Assembly: GCF_036321535.1 (NCBI RefSeq)
Contig: NC_087437.1
Coordinates: 104,844,001-104,908,000 of the forward strand
From: Camelus dromedarius
Taxonomy: Eukaryota
DNA length: 64,000 nucleotides
Reading direction: 5' to 3'
The notes under the pieces were generated by a model. It searched no databases and was not told the DNA's origin. It saw only the letters and a program-made list of their open reading frames with translations. A program made the position numbers and the translations under genes. Below, piece by piece: positions 54,462 through 64,000 of this stretch (position 1 is its first letter; every line of letters starts with the position of its first letter).

Positions 54462-55979
54462 GTAAGGCACCTTCAAAGCAAACTTAGGATGCAGACATTT
54501 GTTCTGAACCCTGGGAAGCAGGCTTGCTTACACAGCAAGCCTGCTGTCTCATCTGTTTTGCTCCTGGCAGTTGAGATTTTGTTAATTCCTTAAGCTAATT
54601 CAAATATTGATATTTTTCAGCACCATTCTTTTTGCAGTTCAGGGTACAGTAGAACAAAGAGAGAGAACATCAGCAACTCATACACATTCAAAAGAAATAG
54701 TTGAAACTCAAGCAAATAACAGCTCTGGGCACCAAAGTGAACAATTCTGGACAAGCCTGAAAGTATTGATTGGTTCCAAACTCTGAGGATAATGTTGTTT
54801 TTTCTATTCAAGAAAAAAAACATGTGATTTATAACAAAGATTATATCAAGCTAATCAAAAGTTTCATTATTTTCTTAAATTTTACATTTACATTTTCACT
54901 ATTTTTTATTACTTAAATTTATTTCTTTTCATAAACTTTAGTATTGTAATATCCTCCCCTTTTCAGCAAATCTGTGAATATAATTTTCCTTCACAGTTAA
55001 TAGACCTTATTCTTAAGAAGAGAAATTATTTGGGAAATGATGCAGAATGGGATTGTCTTGCTGAATTTAATCAATCTTAAAAGGTGCTTTGAGGTGAAAC
55101 TCTCCTGGGATCCCTGCTGGTCCTTAATGTTCCATCAGCATTGCAAGGTGTCATGTCTGAAGAGCAGTATTTTCTATTTTTCCCAGTGGTAGGAAATAAA
55201 AATTTTTAAGCTTAAGATTTTTAAAGAATGGGAAGCCTACAGTCCTGAAGACATCTGAAGATTGCAATTAAAAAAGAAATTGACCATAATTTATCCCAGT
55301 CATCATTTGTGGATACACGCATATATACATATAGCTCTTTCTGTTAAGGTAGCTGTTACTGAAGAGACAGTAGCTTCTTTGATATTTGAGGAGATTTTAT
55401 TACCCAATGATCTGTGACTTTAGTTAACATGATTAAGGTCAATTATTCAAAGACCAGTGAAATTCATCATAACTAACCTTAAACAAAACAAATTGCTTAT
55501 TCAAGTTTTTATTTTTGTATAAACTACACTTAGAGCATCTCTGAGTCAAGCTACTTGACAATACATGTTTACAAAGTTACATACAAGACTGTACAAATTA
55601 TATGTCATATATATTCTTAATGATGCTGAACTTCCTTGCTCTTAATTTTAAATGCCTCCACTAAGTGTACAATAAAGGTAAAGAAATATTTCTTTCTTTT
55701 CTCTTGCCTTAAGATTCTCTGCTTATTGATTCTTTTTATATTCATAGTATTCAGTGTCATTTGTATGGTATATCCACTGCTATGAATAATAAAACAAAAA
55801 TGCAGTGAAATAACTCCAATTAAGACATTAATAACAATTAATTTGATAATCAGATATTTTTGTATTTCAAAAAGAGATTCCTCATAGGAGAATTAGTCAT
55901 AAGGAATATCCAAAATGGAAGTATGCAACACCCTGTGGCCTCTTCTGGTTGGGGATACACTGAAGGATGGCCTGGCCTT

Positions 55980-56442
55980 CAATTGTAATAGCCAGGACAT
56001 GGAAACAACCTAAATGTCCCTCAACAGGGGACTGGATAAAGAAGTTGTCATGTATTTATACAATGAAATACTACTCAGCCATAAAATTGAATAAAATAAT
56101 GCCATTTGTAGCAACATGGATGGAACTGGAGATCGCCATTCTAAGTGAAGTAAGCCAGAAAGAGAAAGAAACATACTATCATATGATATCACATATGCAG
56201 AATCTTAAAAAAAATGACACAAAGGAACTTATTTATAAAACAGAAACAGGCTCACAGACACAGAAAACAAATGCATAGTCACCCAGAGGGTAAGAGGTGG
56301 GGTTGGAGGGATACACTGAGAGTTCGAGATTTGCAGACATAAACAACTATATATAATACAGATAAACAGCAAGTTCCTACTGGATAGCATGGGGAACTAT
56401 AGTCAGTAGCTTGTAGTAGTCTGTAATGAAAAGCTATACATA

Positions 56443-56503
<61 letters not shown>

Positions 56504-56585
56504 GTATAGCTGAATATCTATGCTGTATACCAGAAATTAACACAATATTGTAAACGTCAATAAAAAATTAATTAATTTTTTAAAA
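55980..56585 (+). mobile_element. 5'-truncated L1 (ORF2 C-terminus plus artiodactyl-type 3'UTR) containing a (TG)n(TA)n repeat
   Basis: ORF 55967-56278 contains IARTWKQPKCPSTGDWIKKL..IYTMKYYSAIK..IMPFVATWMELE, the L1 ORF2 C-terminus. Confidence 0.95.
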
Positions 56586-57169
56586 ATGTCTGCAATTATC
56601 AAAGACAATGCCAGTCTCTTAAGTGAGGCTTTGTTTGCATAAAAGCAAGTCATTCCAAGAGGAAATAATTTGATGTGTGTGGGCAATTATATCTTAACAA
56701 GAAAAGAGAATATATTTAGGCGCATACCTACCTAAGTCAATCTGGTCCCAGCAGGTCTTCGTTTTTTTTCCTCTAGATGCCGTGTGGACTAGGGAACAGA
56801 GTGTGACCCTGAAACGTTAAATAGAGTTTGGGCTCTGTGATCTAATGCCACTTAACTGTGGCCAACTCATGTAAGTTCTCTGAGCTTCAGTTTCCTCACC
56901 TCTCTGTAAATTACCAAATCTAATAACCATTCTTCTTTTCACACGCCTTGATTTCTCTCCACATTTTGTTGATCAATCCCTCTTTCTTGAAACTTCTCTT
57001 TAATTCTCTTGAAAGGAGAATTTTTCTCTTGGTTGTTAATCTCCTTTCTCATTTTTCATTTTCCCTCTAACAGTTTTTTCTCATTTCCTTGTCCCTTCCT
57101 TAAATTTTTGGTGGTCCTGGGAGTTTCACGCTTGGCTTTCTTCTCTTCTCCAATTAAAAGCTCTCTCTA

Positions 57170-57605
57170 GGCCAGAAATTCTTGACTATTTCCCATGTCA
57201 TGTACCTGTTTGGCAGTCTTGTTTACCTGATAAATCCTTTCTAAGAGTGATTTTTCAATACATGATATAAAATACAAAGGCTAACAGAGGAACTTATTCA
57301 AATTCAGTTCCAAAAATGTTTTAAATACTTTAAGATAAATTAAAAGATCTAGAAATGAAAAGATCTTGAAAACAGGGATAAGCACCAATATTTCAAAATT
57401 TTATGTGCTGTGACAATGTCTGTGATTTATGCTGGTGACAAAGGAGAGACACTGTTAATGCTACCATGATCTATTGTCCGTATTAATAAACTGACAGAAA
57501 TTATATTTTTAAGAGATTAGTGAAGATAACAGTGAGTGTTTTTCCCTTCAAGACCATAGGACCCTAACTTCTGTCCATGGATCCTTCAGGTTAAAACCCA
57601 CCTGC
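57170..57605. mobile_element. Non-autonomous hAT-Charlie-type MER element
   Basis: cag...ctg termini and typical internal vocabulary; subfamily not resolved. Confidence 0.5.
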
Positions 57606-57762
57606 TCTAGATTACCTCTTACCCCCATGTTCTATATCTTCACAGTTATTATAATGTTTTATAATAAATAATTTATTGTCTTTCTCACTGATATGACTGG
57701 GAGCATTTTGAGGGCATCAACCTTCTAGAGTTTGACAACTTTGCCAGTGTCTAATCAAGACA

Positions 57763-58605
57763 TTTTTTAAATTGACATATAGTAAGTTACAATGTGTCAA
57801 TTTCTGGTGTACAGCATAATGTTTCAGTCATACATATACATACAAATACTCGTTTCCACACTCTTTTTCATTATAGATTACTACAAGATTTTGAGTACAT
57901 GTGTGCTATACAGAAGAAATTTGTTTTCTATCTGTTTTATATATAGTAGTTAATTTATGCAAATCTCAAGCTCCCAATTTATCCCTTCCCACTCCCTTAT
58001 GCTCTCAGTAACCATAAGTTTGTTTACTATGTCTATGAGTCTGTTTATGTTTTATAGGAAAATTCATTTTTGTTTTCTTTTTTCTTTTTTTTCTTTTCTT
58101 AGATTCTACATATGAGTGATCTCATATGGTATTTTTCCTTCTCTTTCTGGCTTACTTCACTTGGAATGACGATCTCTAGGTCCATCCATCTTGCTGCAAA
58201 TGGCATTATTTTATTCTCTTTTATGGCTGAGTAGTATTCCATTGTATAAATATACCACAGCTTCTTTATCTAGCCATCTGTTGATGGACATTTAAGTTGT
58301 TTCCATGTCTTGTCTATAGTGCTGCTATGAGCATTGGGGTTATGTATCTTTTTGAATTAAGTTTCCCTCTGGATATATGCCCAGGAATAGGATTGCTGGG
58401 TCATATGGTAAGTCTATTTTTATTTTTTTGAGGAATCTCCAAACTGTTTTCCATAATAACTGCACCAAACTACATTACCACCAGCAGTGTAGGAGTGTTC
58501 CTTTTTCTCCACACCCTCTCCAGGATTTACAATTTGTGGAATTTTTAATGATGGCTATTCTGACTGGGGTGAGATGATACCTCATTATAGTTTTGATTTG
58601 CATTT
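57763..58605 (-). mobile_element. 5'-truncated L1 with target-site duplication
   Basis: Antisense ORF2 end and 3'UTR; flanked by taatcaagaca (57752) and taatcaagata (58607). Confidence 0.95.
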
Positions 58606-59095
58606 ATAATCAAGATATATTTTTGAGTAAGTAAAGAGAACTTGATTTCCACTCCCAGTGTCTCTCTTGAAATCTAGATCTACACAGACAATGGTTAATA
58701 TGATTCATCTATTCCAACTGCAGCATGAGAGCTATGATAAAGTCCTAAAGAATCCCATACTCCCAATACATGAGCACCAAGACAGTTTTTTAGATTCTCT
58801 CCTATGTCCACCCTCAATTGAATAAATAAGCCTATTTATGTGTGTAATAAATCAAACAAGGAAAATTTAAATGTTCTTATTCAAAGAAAAGATGAGAATC
58901 AGAGATTATCTCTGCTTGGCCCTGTTTCATTACTCAGAAAATATAACATAAGAGAGACACAAGAGTGGGTAACTTTGGAATATAAATGTGAGAAGGGACA
59001 CTAGCCAAGGAACATTTGACTCTGAGTCCCTCCAACTCAAGGAAGAAAATAGTAAAATGGCACAACTCTAATATTTCTGACATACTCCTTAACAG

Positions 59096-59320
59096 AAACA
59101 AGTTATCAAATGCTTAGCAATGAGCTGCCTCAATGTCTTGCCATATATATCGGGTCCACAAAGCCATAGATTCTTGTTGTGAAGACTCTTGGAACGTAAC
59201 TCTACCGAAGAAACCATGTATCTTGTGATACTCAAAGCAATTTCGACCTGAAAATCCTTCAAAATCAATTACCAAAAGTTTAAAGGATCACTCAGAAATT
59301 GTAAACGGATTAAACACCAA
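59096..59320 (+). pseudogene. Exon remnant module 2: (K)TSYQMLSNELPQCLAIY/RVHKAIDSCCEDSWNVTLPKKPC...EIVNGLNT
   Basis: ccttaacag acceptor, AA|gtaagg donor. A 2-nt slip in an AT run joins LAIY to RV; LP.CL.IYR...W....C pattern of PC-esterases. Confidence 0.65.
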
Positions 59321-59738
59321 GTAAGGCTTATGACTGTAGGCTCAAGATTGCAGCTGGTATTTGAAGTAAAATTGAGTTTCTTCCCTCAATTTTTTTTCTG
59401 AAAAGTCAATGTTGATTATGAGCAATGTCTGAATCAGAAACATTAGCCAACTCAGAATTACAGCTTGCACTGCTGGATTTGTTTGTAAATAAAATAAAAG
59501 CGAGGGAAAAAAGAGAGACTTCATTATGAAACATGCTAGAATGTGGAAAAGAGATTAAACATTATTAAAATATCATTCCCAGGAATTAGTAACCACTTTC
59601 TAATTAATAACCTATCAGTTGACTGCACAAAATGCCAAACAGGAATTAAATTTTCATTTGTGAATAGGAATAATGAGGGAACACAGAAAAAGATTGGGCT
59701 TGGGTTTTCCTGTCACTAAAGATTAATAATTGCCTAAG

Positions 59739-59933
59739 GTCTGCATTCAAAGTTAAGACCCACATTTGGTCGTAGAGAAAGATAGTTCACTGGATGTGCG
59801 GGCAGGGCATGAGCTGGATATAATTCCTGTTTTACCATCACTGGAGTCAGATTATTTCCACTATTGCCTATTTCATTATATATACAGGACAAAAGCAAAT
59901 GTATCCTTTTCAGAGGAAAAAAATGCAATATAA
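59739..59933 (+). pseudogene. Probable last coding exon: SAFKVK/PHLVVEKDSSLDVRAGHELDIIPVLPSLESDYFHYCLFHYIYR...AI*
   Basis: cctaag acceptor; open frame 59757-59933 with D-Y-F-H-Y-C-L at 59850-59870 (DCxHWCL-like catalytic motif); ATTAAA at 59944. Confidence 0.7.
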
Positions 59934-61839
59934 AAACAAGCTTATTAAAAAAAATAATAGCTCTCGATGATATAAATACTCAGCACCATGCTGTCAAGTT
60001 AGTTGTTGAGAGAGATTAATACCTAAAAGATGGTCTAGCCTTTTTAGAAAGAACTGACAATAATTGAAAAAAAGTCTCTTGCAGGGATTATTTTTTAAAA
60101 ATGATGTTATATTAATGTGATGATTTGCTATGGTTTTATTTTATCAAGACTTTAAAAAAGATTATCATATTTATCTATATATATTATATAGATAATATAT
60201 ATATTATATATAATCTATATATTAAACATGTCAAATAATAGGTTGCTTATTCTATTTGCATAGCAAAAATTTGTAGACTTTTTTATTGAATGTGGTATGT
60301 CAAGACTGTAGAATTTTTTTATCCGTTGTTTTAAATGAAGAAACTAAATCTAAGCTAGATTAAATACTCTAACAAAAACATTTGTAATCCAAATCTGTCT
60401 GAGTCCAGAGTATACCATTCATTTCAGTCTACTTACATGATGCATTTAGTCCTTCCTGTGCCTGAGATTTTGAAAACCACCATTTTAACAGTGTCACTAT
60501 TTATTATGGCTTATTAAATTTTTGAAAATTAACATTTTCCCTCCTCTTTGACTAGAATCATTGGAAAATTACAGTAAAATAGTTCTTGGTATTGTTGGTC
60601 TTGCTCTGGTTTTTAAAATCTTAACACAAGCAAGATATGAAAACCCAGAAACTAGTGGCTCTCATTCTTAAACTCTTAATTTAGGGGGGAGGAACTATTT
60701 ATGCCAAGATTTGGAGTGATTAAATTCCTTATTCTAAATTTATTCTTAAGAATGTGTTACAAATACATTCGGTTCCAGAAATACTGTACAAATATACAGC
60801 ATGTGTATTGGCAGAGTTCCTGACCCCTGGAAAAGGACGTGAGGGGCACAGCTGGACTTGCTATGCTGCTATGTATCCAGGGAACCTCAACCCTGATTGG
60901 CATCGTACTCTACAACTTAGTTCAGTCAAGAAGAGTCAAGAGAGTGGAAAGGGCACCATTAGTTGAGAAGAGAACACCCTCTCTGTTTGAGCTCCTAATC
61001 ATCAGACTGGACTGCCTGCCTGAATCCACTAATTACACAACTTATTTATTTATATTTCATCTCTTTAATTTTTTTTTTTTTGATCCACTTTCTGGGGATT
61101 TCTCCGACTCTGTCTTTTTATTATTGTTTTGTTGTTCTTGCTGTTCTTATTTTCCCAAACATTCTTTCTGATTCTCTAAATTCCAATTTTTATTTCATAT
61201 TTATGATGATACTGGTTATATTCTTGAAATTTCTCACTAAGGGTAAAGTTTTCACCTTGACTGTGACAGGAGGAGGATTAGGCAGCCTCCCCCTGAAGGG
61301 GAACTCAGTCCCACTTTCCATTAACCTGTAGCTCAGGGGCCCGGGGCTCTTTGGAGCCCTGGAGCCATGACCTGGGGTCTCCCGACGCCCCCTGTTCCCA
61401 GGTTAGAACCAGTCCTCAACTCTGATGGCCCCCAACTCTGGCCTCAAGACAGAGCTACCTAAGAAACTCTTTCCCTCACCCCACACTTGCCTGGTCAGTG
61501 GTCAGCGAATTGGAGAAGGATCCGATGGGAGTGCTAAATGTGAAATACAATGTCTTGGTTTTTCCTCTTTGTGGTTTAGCTTTGTATTTAAAAAAAAAAA
61601 AAGGAAATAAACTTGAAAATGATATGTCATCATAAAAAAGAAACAAAAATTAAAATATTCATGGCCAAGCAAAAAATATATATATGTTCTTAAAATTTCT
61701 GTCATCTTATATGGTCTTTCTTCCTTTGGAGTTTCTTTTATCTATCTGCTTATTTTAACCATTGTCTGTTGTCTGGAAGATTTTCATGTTTGGTAGTTAT
61801 TGGTTGTCCATTCCCATTTACAAATAAGCTGCACTAAAA

Positions 61840-61980
61840 GGTGTGAGGCGATATTTCATTGTGGTTTGGTGTGTATTTCCCTGCTGTTTAGTGATGTTGA
61901 GCATTTTTTACATACATGTTGGTTTTTTGCATGTCTTCTTTGGAAAAAAATATCTGTTAAGGTCCTCGGCCCAGTTTTAG
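61840..61980 (-). mobile_element. L1 ORF2 fragment
   Basis: gtgtgagg.gatatttcattgtggttt...tttccctg...ttagtgatgttgagcatttttt. Confidence 0.8.
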
Positions 61981-62182
61981 TCTAATTATTCCGCATGTCA
62001 TATGGATGGCTGATAATATGGCTGACCATGGGACCAACAATCCAAAGGCCTTGAGGAATCTGTGTTTTTTGGCAAATTTGACAAATAGCAAGGAGGCAAG
62101 TGTGGTAAGAGTAGAGTGAAAAAGAGGAGCGACAGCAGATGAGGTCAGCAAGGTGGAGCAATAAATTACATAAAGCTTTTCA

Positions 62183-62689
62183 AGTCGCAGCGGTGGGAAC
62201 GAAAAACACTGCAAGCCACCTCAGTACACAGAGAACGCTGAAGCCATCAAGTCATCAGGGGCCGCCACCCCCCCTCAGTGAAGACAAGCCTGCAGCCCGG
62301 CCTCTGCAGCCACTCACAATGGTGCACCCTGAGGGGACTCAGAATAAGAAAGGACAGGTCACTGGCCCTAGACAGCTAGGCGCTTGTCAAAGGAGTGAAT
62401 TCAGTGAGCCCAAATGTTTGCTTCCTCCCATACACGGAAAAGCGCTAAATTCTTTAACCTGAGATGCCTGGTTTTCTTTAGTTGATAAGTAATCTTAATG
62501 TTCCAACTACCTGGTCTTTGTTGTAAAGCTCCTGTATGTCCTAGCTCCTCCCGTACCTCTTGGGAGCCGTCCCTCAGAGCGATCTTAGAGGCTATCACCC
62601 CGGGCTTGAAGGAGTTCGAGTCCTCAGAAATGTCGGCCAAAAAAAGCATAACTCTCCACTTTGAGGCTGTGCGTTTATTTCAGTCAACA
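62183..62689 (+). mobile_element. ERV1-like solo LTR, relatively young
   Basis: GC/CpG-rich block ending tttattttcagtcaaca; adjoins L2-like sequence at 62040-62180. Confidence 0.65.
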
Positions 62690-64000
62690 ATGGGAATGGT
62701 GAATGTCTGTGAACTCTCACATGGCACCAAGGACTGACCCAACACTATGCTAAGGGACTCAGCCAAACTTTAGCCTGGACTCTGCCTGCACTAGGTGACC
62801 CCATAGGTGACCCCAACCCCTGTGCTGAAACTTTGAGCAAGAAAATGCAATGCTACTGACTGCAAAATATACTTTGTCTTCATTGACACTGACAAGTCAT
62901 TTTCAGTGATTTTCCATTCACTCTACTTCTGCAATTTTCCATTTCCCCATAGCCCCTTTGTCTGTTCCCCATACACCTCTGATGTTTCACATGGATATCT
63001 CTGACTGCTGTAGGAAAAAATGGGAGAGTCAGGAGACTTGAGGGACAATTCAAGTGGCCCTGACCTGGCTACACTGTCTTGAGCTAAGTCTCAGGTCTCC
63101 TGCTGACCACAGAGGCGTCCTAGATATCTATTCAGTAAAAAAGCTGGAGTGGACTCCAGGACTGAATAGTGCCGAGACTCAGGAGAAGGGCATTACCAGT
63201 TATATTTGTTTAGAACTGGGAAATGCATTGAGAAAAGTACCTAGAAAATTTCATTCAATGTCTTGGAAGCCAATCTATTCAGTTAATTGAGGATAAACTT
63301 GGGACCAAAGTAGCATATGTGTGGTAAACAGGGCTAGTCTTACAGATGTGAAATGCATATTTATCCACTGTGATTTCAGAGGTACTACAAAGGATGAATT
63401 CTCTAAAAACTTTGCTCCAAAATCCCTCAAACTCTGGAGTGATATATTTATATCTTTGTAATTATCACTGCCTTTCCTATGGTCCACTGTTCTAATTTAA
63501 ATGCACCTCTAAGAGTGTTGAGCTTTCAGTCTCTTTACTGTGAATAAAGGTGTAAATACATAGGAAAAGCAGATCAGAAAAAAAAAATATTCTTGAAAGA
63601 TGGGCATAAAAATATAGGGAAAAAAGGTTATGAGATTGGAGAGTGAATGAACTAAGTTCAACCTTTGTCTACTTCACAGTTTTGCTAAGGGCTGTCCAGA
63701 GGGCATAATAAAACCTTGAACCAGCCATCGTCAAGAAGAGTTTTCTCTGTACATGTGAGCAGAGGCAACTAATTGCCAGTCAGTTGATTGGAAAATCTCT
63801 GTAGTAGAAAATATTTTAATAAAGGTTTTTGTTTTTAGAAATGATTATAATTAACATTTATGAAGCAGATCAGTTATTATGGGCTAATTTCTGTCCTATG
63901 ATGTGTAGGTATGTATCTAAATAGTGTATATATATGTCAGTGTGGATGTGTGTGAGAACATATTTCTATATGCAAGTACATGAGCACATATACATATATA

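Larger units (their letters stand above)
3517..59933 (+). pseudogene. Decayed multi-exon (unprocessed) gene encoding a tandem PMR5N/PC-esterase (TBL-like SGNH O-acetyltransferase) protein
   Basis: About 20 exon remnants, mostly AG/GT-bounded, whose phases largely chain. Their translations give TBL-like motifs in the correct order twice. Many in-frame stops, 1-2 nt frameshifts and two broken donors. Family assigned by eye, not by search. Confidence 0.75.

Noticed and set aside
54621..54786. Possible terminal exon (QGTVEQ...LIGSKL*)
   Set aside because: 54461 splices in phase to 59096, which carries the expected motifs; this segment has none.
133..63487. The 60-164 aa ORFs in the supplied track as stand-alone genes
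   Set aside because: Low-complexity or repeat-derived with no recognisable domains; 55967-56278 is L1 ORF2, and 58377-58577 and 61800-61985 are antisense L1. A few (e.g. 18274, 53712) merely overlap fossil exons.
1..64000. Prokaryotic-type systems (CRISPR, operons, defence islands) or stop-codon recoding of the many TAA/TAG codons
   Set aside because: The sequence is mammalian with no repeat-spacer arrays; the stops co-occur with frameshifts and broken donors, which indicates decay rather than recoding.

Overview
AT-rich mammalian genomic DNA, most likely camelid because a Vic-1-like tRNA-derived SINE lies at 35.7-35.9 kb. No intact protein-coding gene is visible; the ORF track is noise plus L1 ORF2 remnants. 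Much of the window is interspersed repeats (L1, L2, CR1/L3, MIR, MaLR/ERVL/ERV1 LTRs, hAT and Tigger elements, microsatellites), named by eye. The main finding is a hidden, heavily decayed plus-strand gene of about 20 exon remnants from about 3.5 kb to 59.9 kb. Splicing them by hand, allowing for stops and 1-2 nt frameshifts, gives a protein with a possible N-terminal membrane anchor and TWO tandem modules resembling plant trichome-birefringence-like (TBL; PMR5N + PC-esterase/SGNH) O-acetyltransferases. Motif order per module is C-D..K-F, SC...F.C, W.W, LRG.RIV/GDSL-like, L.F, VIWR/IYR, W...KPC and DxxHxC. I interpret it as an unprocessed (possibly unitary) pseudogene of a vertebrate tandem TBL-like glycan O-acetyltransferase/esterase that I cannot match to a named gene. 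The family call rests on manual motif recognition and needs profile-HMM confirmation.
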